Source of the DNA: Burkholderia sp.
GTDB taxonomy: Bacteria > Pseudomonadota > Gammaproteobacteria > Burkholderiales > Burkholderiaceae
Assembly: GCA_030151225.1 (NCBI GenBank)
Contig: JASLEG010000205.1
Location: 20,759-84,758 of the forward strand
Length of the DNA: 64,000 nt
Direction of reading: 5' to 3'
Shown: positions 48,272 to 57,973 of the stretch, one piece after another
How the letters are laid out: each line of letters opens with the position of its first letter
Position numbering within the stretch: the first letter of the stretch is position 1
Notes under the pieces: model-generated
Databases searched by the model: none
What the model saw: only the letters and a program-made list of their open reading frames with translations
Told to the model about the DNA's origin: nothing
Translations under genes and position numbers: made by a program

Positions 48272-49705
48272 ATGCCGACAGTTTCCCGTCGCGTGAAGGC
48301 GGCCGGCATCGCGGCCGTGGCCGGCCTGCTGCTGGCTGACGCCGGTGCCGCGCAAGCGCAAGTCGTGGCCGATGCGGCGGGCACCTGCACGGCGAAGCGC
48401 CCGATCCCGTCGTTCAACCGCTGGCAGGAATCGTGGGGCGCGCTCGCGAACCCGTGCCTGCCGCGCAAGCCGCTCGACGCGCTCAAGTACGTGCCGCTCG
48501 GCAGCGATCCGGCCTGGTATCTGTCGCTGGGCGCGAACCTGCGCGAGCGCTTCGAGCTCAACGACACGCCGCTGTTCGGCCTGGGCGCGCAGCACGCGGA
48601 CAGCTGGCTGATCCAGCGCGCGCAGGTTCACGCCGACGCGCGCTTCGGCGAGCACGTGCAGGCCTTCGTGCAGCTCGAGGATGCGCGCGCCTACGGCAAG
48701 AATGCGGTGTCCCCGGTGGACAGGAATCCGCTCGACGTCGAGCAGGCCTTCGTGGCCTATGTCGGCCAACTCGGGCCGGGCACGGTCAAGGCGCGCATCG
48801 GGCGCCAGGAGATGGCCTTCGACCTGCAGCGCTTCATCGCGGCGCGCGACGGCCCGAACGTGCGGCAGGCGTTCGACGCGCTGTGGGGCGATTACGAGGT
48901 CGGTGCGTGGCGCTTCATCGCCTATCTGACGCGGCCCGTGCAGTATCGCGACGTGGACGCGTTCGACGACACCTCGAACCGGCACCTGAAATTCGGCGGC
49001 CTGCGCGTGGAGCGCAGCGGCGTGGGGCCCGGCGATCTGTCGGCCTACTGGTCGCGCTACGAGCGCGACGGCGCGAGTTTTCCCGACGCGAAGGGCAACG
49101 AGCGTCGTGACGTATTCGACGCGCGCTACGCGGGCAAGGTCGCGCCGTTCGACTGGGACGTCGAGGCGATGGGGCAGACCGGGCAGGTGGGCGCGAGCAC
49201 GATCGGCGCGTGGGCATTCGGCGCGCTCGGCGGCTACACCTTCGCCACGCTGCCCGGCGCGCCGCGATTCGGGCTGCAGGTGGACGGCGCCTCGGGCGAC
49301 CGCCACCCCGGCGACGGCCACGTGGGCACCTTCAACCCGCTGTTTCCGAACGGCTATTACTTCACGCTGGCCGGCTACACGGGCTACAGCAACCTGATCC
49401 ACGTGAAGCCCTCGCTCACCTTCAAGCTCACGCCGAAGCTGACGCTGCTCACGGCGCTCGGCTTCCAGTGGCGCGACACCACGCAGGACGCCGTGTACGG
49501 GCAGGGCATGGCCACGGTGCCGGGCACCGCGGGCAAGGGCACGCTGTGGACGGGGATGTATGCGCAGGTGCGCGCCGACTGGCTCGTGAACGACAACGTG
49601 GCGCTCGCGCTCGAGGCCGTGCATTTCGAGGTGGGCGATTCCCTGCGCGCGCTCGGCGCGCGCAATGCCGACTACGTGGGCGTCGAGGCGAAGCTGGGCT
49701 GGTGA
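48272..49705 (+). CDS. Alginate-export-family outer-membrane beta-barrel
   Basis: Signal peptide; GRQEM, RDGPNVRQAFD, ASGD...TFNPLFP; terminal aromatic residue (LGW). Confidence 0.85.
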   Translation: MPTVSRRVKAAGIAAVAGLLLADAGAAQAQVVADAAGTCTAKRPIPSFNRWQESWGALANPCLPRKPLDALKYVPLGSDPAWYLSLGANLRERFELNDTPLFGLGAQHADSWLIQRAQVHADARFGEHVQAFVQLEDARAYGKNAVSPVDRNPLDVEQAFVAYVGQLGPGTVKARIGRQEMAFDLQRFIAARDGPNVRQAFDALWGDYEVGAWRFIAYLTRPVQYRDVDAFDDTSNRHLKFGGLRVERSGVGPGDLSAYWSRYERDGASFPDAKGNERRDVFDARYAGKVAPFDWDVEAMGQTGQVGASTIGAWAFGALGGYTFATLPGAPRFGLQVDGASGDRHPGDGHVGTFNPLFPNGYYFTLAGYTGYSNLIHVKPSLTFKLTPKLTLLTALGFQWRDTTQDAVYGQGMATVPGTAGKGTLWTGMYAQVRADWLVNDNVALALEAVHFEVGDSLRALGARNADYVGVEAKLGW

Positions 49706-49788
49706 GGCGCGGGCAGCGGGCCGACGTCGACGAGAGGCGTGCCCTGCTGGCAGCCGGGGCGCAGCTCGAAGCGGTCGGGCGAGGGCAT

Positions 49789-50199
49789 CTACTGCGTCTC
49801 GACCAGCGCGAACCTGAGACGTGGCTCGCCGTCCTGCATCGACAGGTCGGCGATCATGGTCGATGCCGATGCCTTGCCGCCGACCCACAGCCGGCATTCG
49901 ATGCGCCTCGTGCCGGCGCCGGCTTCGGTATCGAACAGGTCGAACGGGATTCGCCCGGTGCCGTCCGCGGTGAATGCGAGGCTGCGGGGTGGCAGGCTCG
50001 GCGCGTCGGCCTCGCCCTGCAGGGCTTCGTCGATCTCCGACAGGATCGCGCGGCTGACGCCGAACCGCGTCAGCGCCTCGATGCGTCGATCATGGATGGA
50101 TTCCAGCAGTTCGCCCATCAGCCGATAGGCGAGATCTCGATCGTGCGGGGTGATGTCCGGGTTCATGGGCTGCGTGGGTGGCGCGTGTTCGTCGGGCAT
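49789..50199 (-). CDS. Hypothetical acidic protein
   Basis: 136-aa ORF with agga upstream; protein-like composition. Confidence 0.55.
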   Translation of the reverse strand: MPDEHAPPTQPMNPDITPHDRDLAYRLMGELLESIHDRRIEALTRFGVSRAILSEIDEALQGEADAPSLPPRSLAFTADGTGRIPFDLFDTEAGAGTRRIECRLWVGGKASASTMIADLSMQDGEPRLRFALVETQ

Positions 50200-50462
50200 C
50201 TATCCTACGTCGCCTCGCGCATCCACGCTGCCCATCGACTCACGTGCCTCAAGCCACCCGGAAGATCGCCACCGTCGCGCCGAGCTGCTGCGCCTGATTG
50301 CCAAGCATGCGTGCCGCGGCCCTCGGCGAACGACCTGAACCGCTCGATGTCCGCCTCGCCCGCCGCGCTGCCGATCAAGGCGACCAGCCACTGTCGATCT
50401 TCCATCGCTTCGCTCCGGAACGGTGACGTCCGGCGATCGTATCGAACCCACCCCGGCCCGAG

Positions 50463-51404
50463 CTAATCCCGGTCCAGCGCGATCCCGAGCTCCTTCGCAT
50501 AGCCGTCCAGCCGCGCGCCCACCTGCTCCTTCAGCACGTCGATGAAGCGCTTGATCTTTGCGTCGACGAACTGCCGCGACGGGTAGATCGCGTAGACGTC
50601 GCGCTGCGACGTGTGATGGCGCGGCAGCACGCGCACCAGCGAGCCGCGGCGCAGGTCCTCGATCGCCGAGAAGGCGGCGATCAGCCCGATGCCGGCGCCG
50701 TCGCGCAGCGCGGTGGCCATGGCGTCCATGTCGTTCACGCCGAAGTGCGGGCCGGCCGGCCGAAACGTGGCGGTGCCGGCCGGGCTCTCGAGCTGCCATT
50801 CGTCGGCGGCGTAATCCACGGTGCCCAGCTGCACGCAGTCGTGATCGGCGAGATCGTCGGGGCGCTCGGGCGCGGGGCGCCGCGCGAGGTAGTCGGGCGA
50901 GGCGGCCAGGATGCAGTGGCTCGCGCCGATCTTCTGGCTCACGTAGCCGGAGTCGGGCAGCGTGCGCGCGATCACCACGGCCACGTCGAGCTGCTCCTCG
51001 AGCAGGTTCGGCAGCCGCTGCGACAGCAGCAGATCCACCGACACGTCCGGATACGCCTGCCGATAGCCGAGCACGGCGCGCGACACGAGCTGGCGCCCGA
51101 GCCCCGGCACCGCATGCACGCGCAGCAGGCCGCGCGGTGCCGTGAGCGCGTCGCGCGCCTCGGCCTCGGCGTGTTCGAGGTCGGCCAGGATCGCGACGCT
51201 GCGCTCGTAGAAGCGCCGGCCGGTGTCGGTCACCGACAGGCGGCGCGTGGAGCGCTGCAGCAGGCGCGCGTCGAGCCCTTCCTCGAGCACGGACACGGCG
51301 CGCGAGATCACGCCGACGGTGGTGTCGAGGTGATTGGCCACGGCGGTGAAGCTGCCCATTTCGACCACCTTGGCAAAAATCGCGATGTTGGAGAGCTTGT
51401 CCAC
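50463..51404 (-). CDS. LysR-family regulator (CrgA/DmlR-like)
   Basis: GTG start DKLSNIAIFAKVVEMGSFTAVA, RLLQRSTRRLSVT. Confidence 0.93.
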   Translation of the reverse strand: MDKLSNIAIFAKVVEMGSFTAVANHLDTTVGVISRAVSVLEEGLDARLLQRSTRRLSVTDTGRRFYERSVAILADLEHAEAEARDALTAPRGLLRVHAVPGLGRQLVSRAVLGYRQAYPDVSVDLLLSQRLPNLLEEQLDVAVVIARTLPDSGYVSQKIGASHCILAASPDYLARRPAPERPDDLADHDCVQLGTVDYAADEWQLESPAGTATFRPAGPHFGVNDMDAMATALRDGAGIGLIAAFSAIEDLRRGSLVRVLPRHHTSQRDVYAIYPSRQFVDAKIKRFIDVLKEQVGARLDGYAKELGIALDRD

Positions 51405-51754
51405 TCGGGCCGTCCCGTCTGATGGGTTTTCGTCTGATGAAAGCGCGGCGCCCCGCGGCACAAGGCCGGCGCGGGCGCTCGCAGGTCAGCGCGCATGGTA
51501 AGACAGCCGCGAAAAACGTGTCGCACAATTTGCGCAGCCCGGCGATTTTCCCGCCGGCGCGAAGAATCATTCCCTCCGGCCCCGGTGTTTCGCCGCGGGT
51601 GCCATCCCTACACTGCGTTCCGTGGTCAGGCAACACCGCGGCGGATTTCCGGATCCGCGCCTCGCCCGACGAAATTCAGGCCGACCGACGCACGTCGAAA
51701 GGCATCGGTATCACTTCGCATCACTGATCAACATCCGTCACGGAGCGCATCAAC

Positions 51755-53191
51755 ATGAACACGAGCTACGAAGCCCTGCACCTCTTCATCGACGGCGTCC
51801 GGATCGGCGCGGCCGAGCGCGCCACGGCAGCCGTGGTCGATCCGGCCACGCAGCGCGAGATCGGCCGCGTGCCGCTTGCCACGGCGGCCGATCTCGATCA
51901 CGCGCTGCAGGCGGCCGATCGTGCCTTCAAGGTGTGGCGCGACACGGTGCCGGTCGAGCGTGCGCGCGTCCTGAAGCGCGCCGCGGCGCTGATCCGCGAG
52001 CGCGGCGAGCGCATCGCCACGCTGATGACGCTCGAGGAAGGCAAGCCGCTGCACGAGAGCCGCGACGAGGTGCTGCGCGCGGCCGACTACTTCGAGTGGT
52101 TCGCCGAGGAGGCGCGCCGCATCGACGGCCGCGTGGTGCCGTCGAACCGGCCCGGCGTGCAGCAGCTCGTGAAGAAGCAGGCGATCGGCCCGGTGGCGGC
52201 CTTCACGCCGTGGAATTTCCCGGCGATCACGCCGGCCCGCAAGCTGTCGGCCGCGCTGGCCGCCGGCTGCAGCGTGATCCTGAAGCCCGGCGAGGAGAGC
52301 CCGGCCACGGCGCTGGCGCTGGCCCGCGCGCTCGACGACGCCGGGCTGCCGAAGGGCGTGCTGCAGGTGGTGTTCGGTGTGCCGGACGAGGTGTCGAAGC
52401 AACTGATCGCCTCGCCCGTGATCCGCAAGGTGACCTTCACGGGCTCGGTACCGATCGGCCGGCTGCTGTCGGCGCGTGCGGCGCAGGGCGTCAAGCCGAT
52501 CACGCTCGAACTCGGCGGCCACGGCCCGGTGCTGGTGTTCGACGATGCGGATGTGGAGCGCGCCGCCGTGGAAGGCGCGGCCAACCGCTTTCGCGGCACC
52601 GGCCAGGTGTGCATCTCGTCCACGCGCTTCCTGATCCAGCGCGACGCGTACGAGCGCTTCGCCGAGCAGTTCGTGGCGGCCACGCAGGCGCTGAAGATCG
52701 GCAACGGCCTCGATCCCGACACGCAGGTGGGCCCGCTCGCCAACCCGCGCCAGCTCGCCAAGATGGAGGCGCTGATCGCCGACGCGGTGGCGCAGGGCGC
52801 CACGGTGCTGACCGGCGGCAAGCGTATCGCCGGCGACGGCTACTTCTTCGAGCCGACCGTGCTGGCCGACGTGCCGATGACGGCACGCGTGATGCACGAG
52901 GAGCCGTTCGGCCCGATCGCGGTGCTGATGCGCTTCGATGCGCTGGCCGACGGCCTGGAAGAGGCGAACCGCCTGCCCTACGGCCTGTCCGCCTATGCGT
53001 TCACGAAGGATGCCCGCACGGCGATCGACGTGGCCGACGGGCTCGAGGCCGGCATGATCGGCATCAACCAGTACCGCATCGTGTCGACCGAGCTGCCGTT
53101 CGGCGGCATGAAGGAGAGCGGACATGGCTCGGAAGGCGGCACCGAAGGCATCGAGCACTACCTGACGCACAAGTTCGTCAGCCAGGCCTGA
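51755..53191 (+). CDS. NAD-dependent aldehyde dehydrogenase (SSADH/alpha-KGSA dehydrogenase-like)
   Basis: FTPWNFP, FTGS, LELGG, GQVC, EEPFGP, PFGGMKESG. Confidence 0.95.
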   Translation: MNTSYEALHLFIDGVRIGAAERATAAVVDPATQREIGRVPLATAADLDHALQAADRAFKVWRDTVPVERARVLKRAAALIRERGERIATLMTLEEGKPLHESRDEVLRAADYFEWFAEEARRIDGRVVPSNRPGVQQLVKKQAIGPVAAFTPWNFPAITPARKLSAALAAGCSVILKPGEESPATALALARALDDAGLPKGVLQVVFGVPDEVSKQLIASPVIRKVTFTGSVPIGRLLSARAAQGVKPITLELGGHGPVLVFDDADVERAAVEGAANRFRGTGQVCISSTRFLIQRDAYERFAEQFVAATQALKIGNGLDPDTQVGPLANPRQLAKMEALIADAVAQGATVLTGGKRIAGDGYFFEPTVLADVPMTARVMHEEPFGPIAVLMRFDALADGLEEANRLPYGLSAYAFTKDARTAIDVADGLEAGMIGINQYRIVSTELPFGGMKESGHGSEGGTEGIEHYLTHKFVSQA

Positions 53192-53258
53192 GCGCGGCAG
53201 CGCCGAACGCATCGGTCGAACCGCCAATCAATTCGTCATCCTCAACAGGAGCCGCATC

Positions 53259-53600
53259 ATGTCCCACGCCGATTTCACGAGCCCGCGCGAAGCCGCGCGC
53301 GCCTTCACGCCGAAGCTGTCGGCCTTCGTCGACGACACGCTGTATCCGAAGGTCTGGAGCGACCCCGCACTGTCGCCGCGCGACCGCAGCCTCGTGACGG
53401 TGGCCGCGCTGATCGCCGGCGGCCACTTCGACGAGCTGCCGGCGCACCTGCGCCGCGCCGTCGACAACGGTGTGACGCACGCGGAGCTGTCGGCCGCCAT
53501 CACGCACCTGGGGTTCTACGCCGGCTTGCCGGCCGCGATCTCGGCCTCCGCCACGGCGCAGGCCACGCTCGGCGCCGCGCCGTCCGACGCCACCCGCTGA
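53259..53600 (+). CDS. Carboxymuconolactone decarboxylase-family protein
   Basis: VWSDPALSPRDRSLVTVAALIA, ITHLGFYAGLP. Confidence 0.9.
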   Translation: MSHADFTSPREAARAFTPKLSAFVDDTLYPKVWSDPALSPRDRSLVTVAALIAGGHFDELPAHLRRAVDNGVTHAELSAAITHLGFYAGLPAAISASATAQATLGAAPSDATR

Positions 53601-53622
53601 ACCCCGTTCAAGGAGAACTCAC

Positions 53623-54606
53623 ATGAAAGCCATCACCCTCAAGGCGTTCGGCGAAGCCGACGTGCTGCAACTCGCCGACGTGCCCGCCCCCGAGGTGCGC
53701 CCCCACGATCTGCTGGTGCGCGTGCACGCGGCCGGCGTGAACCGCGCCGATCTCACGCACCGCCGCGGCGGCTACGGCCATCCCAACTTCGGCGACTCCA
53801 CGATCATGGGCCTCGAAATCGCCGGCGAGGTGATCGAGGTGGGCAGCGCGGTGCAGGGCTACGCGATCGGCGACCGCGTGATGGGCGTGGTGGGCGGCGG
53901 CGCCTATGCGGAAATCGCGCGGATCGACTGGCGCATGGCGATGCCGATCCCGGCCACGCTCGACTACGTGCACGCCGCGGCGATCCCCGAGGTGTTCGTC
54001 ACGGCGCACGAGGCGCTGCTGCACCTGGGCCGTCTGCAACGCGGCGATTCGGTGCTGATTCACGCGGCGGCGGGCGGCGTGGGCTCGGCGGCGGTGCAGC
54101 TGGCCCATGCGAGCGGCGCGACCGTGTTCGCCACTGCCGAGGCATCGAAGCTCGAACGCGTCGTGCAGCTCGGCGCGGATCACGCGATCGACCACCGCAC
54201 GCGGGATTTCGCCGAAGTGATTGCGGGCGCAACCAGTGGGCGCGGCGTGGACGTGGTGGTGGATTTCGTCGGCGCGCCGTACTTCGCGCGCAACGTCGCC
54301 TCGCTGGCCAACGGCGGGCGGCTCGTGCAGGTGGGCATGCTCGGGGGCGGGGGCGAGGTGAGCGTGTCGCTCGATCAGATCCTGTATCGACATCTGAAGA
54401 TCATCGGCACCGTGATGAAGTCGCGCGAGCAGGGCGAGAAGCACGCAATGGTGCGGCGCTTCCGCGAGCACTGGCTCGAACGCTTCGCCGGCAGCGCGAG
54501 CCTCGAACCGGTGGTGGACAGCACCTTCGCGCTCGCGCAGGCGGCCGACGCGCACCGGCGCATGGAATCGGCCGCGAACGTCGGGAAGATCATCCTGACG
54601 ATGTAG
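53623..54606 (+). CDS. NAD(P)H-quinone oxidoreductase (PIG3-like MDR)
   Basis: AAGVNRAD, GLEIAG, AAAIPE, HAAAGGVG, GKIILTM. Confidence 0.93.
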   Translation: MKAITLKAFGEADVLQLADVPAPEVRPHDLLVRVHAAGVNRADLTHRRGGYGHPNFGDSTIMGLEIAGEVIEVGSAVQGYAIGDRVMGVVGGGAYAEIARIDWRMAMPIPATLDYVHAAAIPEVFVTAHEALLHLGRLQRGDSVLIHAAAGGVGSAAVQLAHASGATVFATAEASKLERVVQLGADHAIDHRTRDFAEVIAGATSGRGVDVVVDFVGAPYFARNVASLANGGRLVQVGMLGGGGEVSVSLDQILYRHLKIIGTVMKSREQGEKHAMVRRFREHWLERFAGSASLEPVVDSTFALAQAADAHRRMESAANVGKIILTM

Positions 54607-54845
54607 CCGAATGCTCGTGCTGATTTTTCTCGCTCAAGTGCCGTATGAATGACACTCGAACAGGCGACGCCAGGCGTCGTTTTGGGGGCGATACAGCAGC
54701 GCCGGAACGATACCGGAATGCGTTCGCGAAAATCGTGCCGTCGCAGCATCGGGATTTTCCCGAGGCAATCCGTTTCAATATATGAGACATCACCCGATAA
54801 TCGAATTCCCGATATTCGGAACATATCTTTTATTCGTGAAACGAT

Positions 54846-54888
54846 TCGATTCATTGAATTGGATTTGCCTCGCGAATCAATGAATCGA
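54846..54888. promoter_or_regulatory. 12-bp perfect inverted repeat in the AT-rich region upstream of the glucanase gene
   Basis: tcgattcattga (54846-54857) and tcaatgaatcga (54877-54888). Confidence 0.45.
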
Positions 54889-55102
54889 CGATCGATTTCT
54901 TCCGTATCGAAAAGAGCGCGTGCTATCCTCGCCTCGCCGTGCCGCCTGCCAGAAAGCCTGGCGCCCGGCGTCATCGCGCACCAGCAGGGAAAATCCGATA
55001 AACGGATTTCATCGCCACGATTCACGCATCGAGATTCAGGCGCCAATAAAAGAAGGAGACCTCCGGCGGAATAACCGCGTTTCGAGACACGGAGGCATAC
55101 TC

Positions 55103-56971
55103 ATGCTGATTCGCTGCACCCCCCGCACCCGCTTTACCCTGGCCGCCGCGGCGGCCACCACCCTGGCACTCGCGCTCGGCGCCTGCGGCGACGATTCCGG
55201 CGGCACGCCGGGCGCGTCCGCGCTGAGGCAGACCTCGGCCGCGCGTACCGCGGCCAGCACGCTCGCCACCTCGAACACGCCCGATTTCGGGCCGAACGTG
55301 GTGGTGTTCGATCCGAGCATGTCGAGCGCCTCGATCCAGTCCCAGCTCGACAGCGCGTTCAACTCCGAGCTGCTGAGCCCCACTGCGCAATTCGGCTCGC
55401 AACGCTTCGCATTCCTGTTCAAGCCCGGCAGCTACAGCGGCATCAACGCGAATGTGGGCTTCTATACCTCGATCGCGGGCCTCGGCCAGAACCCCGACGA
55501 CGTCAGCATCGCCGGCAGCGTGAACGTGGACAGCGGCTGGAACGAGGGCGACCAGTCGAACGCCACGCAGAACTTCTGGCGCTCGGTGGAGAACCTCGCG
55601 ATCGCGCCGAACGGCGGCACCGATCGCTGGGCCGTCTCGCAGGCCGCGCCGATGCGGCGCGTGCACATCCAGGGCAATCTCACGCTCGGCCCCTCGAATC
55701 AGGGCGACGGGCAGGGCTACGCGAGCGGCGGCTATCTGGCCGACAGCAAGGTCGACGGCACGGTGTCGTCGGGCTCGCAGCAGCAGTGGTACACGCGCGA
55801 CAGCACGATCGGCGGCTGGAGCGACGGCGTCTGGAACATGGTGTTCTCGGGCGTGAACGGCGCGCCCGCGCAGTCGTTCCCGGCCACCTGGAACGCGGCG
55901 CCCCCGTACACCACGCTGGCCACCACGCCGGTGTCGCGCGAGAAGCCCTATCTGAGCATCGACGGTTCGGGCAACTACAGCGTGTTCGTGCCCGCGCTGC
56001 GCACCAATGCGAGCGGCGCGTCGTGGGCCTCGGGTGCCACCCCCGGCAGCGCGATCCCGATGAGCCAGTTCTACGTGGCGCATCCGTCCGACACGGCCGA
56101 GACGCTGAACGCGGCGCTCCAGCAGGGCCTGAACCTGTTCTTCACGCCCGGCACCTATCATCTCGACCAGCCGATCGCGATCACGCGCGCCGACACGGTG
56201 GTGACCGGCATCGGCTTCCCGACGCTGACGCCCGACAACGGCACCGGCGCGATGACGGTGGCCGACGTGGACGGCGTGAAGATCTCCGGGCTGCTGTTCG
56301 ACGCCGGCACCGTGAACAGCGACGCGCTGCTGACGGTGGGCACCGCGGGCGCGTCGGCGAGCCATGCGAGCGATCCCACCAGCGTGCAGGACGTGTTCTT
56401 CCGTATCGGCGGCGCGCAGGCCGGCAAGGCCACCAACAGCCTGGTGGTGAACGCCAACGACACGCTGATCGACGACATCTGGGCGTGGCGCGCCGATCAC
56501 GGCTCGGCACCGACCGGCTGGACCGTCAACACGGCCAGCACCGGCCTGATCGTGAACGGCGCGAACGTGCTCGCCACGGGCCTGTTCGTCGAGCACTACC
56601 AGCAGTACAACGTGCTGTGGAACGGCGAGAACGGCAAGACGATCTTCTTCCAGAACGAGCTGCCGTACGACGTGCCCGACCAGGCGTCGTGGATGAGCCC
56701 GGCCGGCAACGGCTACGCGGCCTACAAGGTGGCCGACAACGTCACGACGCATCAGACCTGGGGGATGGGCAGCTACTGCTTCTTCAACGTCAATCCGTCG
56801 GTGAACGCGCTGCACGGCTTCGAGGTGCCACGGACGGCCGGCGTGGTGCTGCACGACACGCTCACGGTGTCGCTGGGCGGGGTGGGCACCATCACGCACA
56901 TCGTCAACGATGCGGGCGCGCAGGCGGCCGGCACCTCGACGATCCCCGTGAACCTCGTGAGCTATCCGTAA
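55103..56971 (+). CDS. GH55-like exo-beta-1,3-glucanase lipoprotein
   Basis: Lipobox LGAC; DFGPNVVVFDPS, NFWRSVEN, WAVSQAAPMRR, SQQQW, WAWRADH, FVEHYQ, FFQNELPYD, as in actinobacterial GH55 enzymes. Confidence 0.8.
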   Translation: MLIRCTPRTRFTLAAAAATTLALALGACGDDSGGTPGASALRQTSAARTAASTLATSNTPDFGPNVVVFDPSMSSASIQSQLDSAFNSELLSPTAQFGSQRFAFLFKPGSYSGINANVGFYTSIAGLGQNPDDVSIAGSVNVDSGWNEGDQSNATQNFWRSVENLAIAPNGGTDRWAVSQAAPMRRVHIQGNLTLGPSNQGDGQGYASGGYLADSKVDGTVSSGSQQQWYTRDSTIGGWSDGVWNMVFSGVNGAPAQSFPATWNAAPPYTTLATTPVSREKPYLSIDGSGNYSVFVPALRTNASGASWASGATPGSAIPMSQFYVAHPSDTAETLNAALQQGLNLFFTPGTYHLDQPIAITRADTVVTGIGFPTLTPDNGTGAMTVADVDGVKISGLLFDAGTVNSDALLTVGTAGASASHASDPTSVQDVFFRIGGAQAGKATNSLVVNANDTLIDDIWAWRADHGSAPTGWTVNTASTGLIVNGANVLATGLFVEHYQQYNVLWNGENGKTIFFQNELPYDVPDQASWMSPAGNGYAAYKVADNVTTHQTWGMGSYCFFNVNPSVNALHGFEVPRTAGVVLHDTLTVSLGGVGTITHIVNDAGAQAAGTSTIPVNLVSYP

Positions 56972-57029
56972 GCTCGGCGCGGGTCGGGCCGGCGTGCAGG
57001 CCGATACCGCATCGAGCGGCCCCGCCCCG

Positions 57030-57140
57030 GGGCGCGCCACCTGCACGCGGTTGCGCCCCGCGTGCCTGGCGGCATAGAGCGCGGACTCGGCCGCGCCTAT
57101 CGGCGCCTCGGGCGTGGCCTGCCAGTAGCGGGCTTCGAGC
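57030..57140 (-). pseudogene. C-terminal relic of a GGDEF diguanylate cyclase
   Basis: Minus strand reads LEARYWQATPEAPIGAAESALYAARHAGRNRVQV (compare ADxALYxAKxxGRNRV). Confidence 0.6.
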
Positions 57141-57453
57141 GCGGGCGGACATGCCGGGCGAGGTTCCCGTTCCTCGCGTTTCGCACGCGTGTGCTTCATT
57201 GCGTTCACCATCCGATGCGCTGCCCGCCGGAATACACCAGCCGAATGTCGGGAAAGCCGGCCGTTGCGCGTGGCGGACAACGTTTGCCGCCGTGCCTTTC
57301 GCGCGGCGTGAAAGCGCTGGACGATCGGGCGTGGAGAGGGTTTTGCCCTGGACGGGGGCGGCGGATGCGCATCGTGGAGCGCATCGAGCCCCATTGCTAT
57401 ACGATGCTGGCGGCAACCCGCCTCGACCCGAATTCAACCCCTCCACGGAGAGC

Positions 57454-57960
57454 ATGACCGTGACCGCTTCAGGCACCACCGGCTTCATCGTTTCGAGCTT
57501 CGTCATCGGCTGCGGCGCGACCGCGATCTTCGACCTCTGGGGCGTGCTGCTCTCGACGGTGGCCGGCGTGCCGCGCGCGAACTGGGGGCTCGGCGGCCGA
57601 TGGTTCGGATACCTGGCGCGCCTGAAGTTCCACCATCGCGACATCACCGCCACGCCGCCGTTTCCGGCCGAGCGCGTGGTCGGCTGGACCGGGCACTACG
57701 TGGTGGGCATCGTGTATGCGGCCGCCCTGCTCGTGATCCGAGGCCCCGCCTGGGCGAGCGCACCCACGCTGCTGCCCGCGCTGATCGTCGGCGTGGTCAC
57801 CGTGCTGGCCGGCTGGTTCGTGATGGCGCCGGGCATGGGTGCCGGCATCGCGAACGTGAACACCCCGGCGCCCGCGAAGGTCTGCGCGCGGCAGGTGATG
57901 AATCACGTGGTGTTCGGGCTCGGGCTCTACGTCACGGCGGTGGTGTGGGCGGCGCTGTGA
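57454..57960 (+). CDS. DUF2938-like membrane protein
   Basis: IGCGATAIFDLW, GRW, GWTGHYVVG, MAPGMGAG, HVVFGLGLY; RBS ggag. Confidence 0.85.
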   Translation: MTVTASGTTGFIVSSFVIGCGATAIFDLWGVLLSTVAGVPRANWGLGGRWFGYLARLKFHHRDITATPPFPAERVVGWTGHYVVGIVYAAALLVIRGPAWASAPTLLPALIVGVVTVLAGWFVMAPGMGAGIANVNTPAPAKVCARQVMNHVVFGLGLYVTAVVWAAL

Positions 57961-57973
57961 GCGCCGCGCGCCG

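Noticed and set aside
48272..49705. Alginate biosynthesis locus
   Set aside because: Only the barrel family matches; there are no glycosyltransferase or alg genes nearby
55022..57394. 790-aa minus-strand ORF
   Set aside because: Antisense to the GH55 gene; only a short GGDEF-like relic near its start is meaningful
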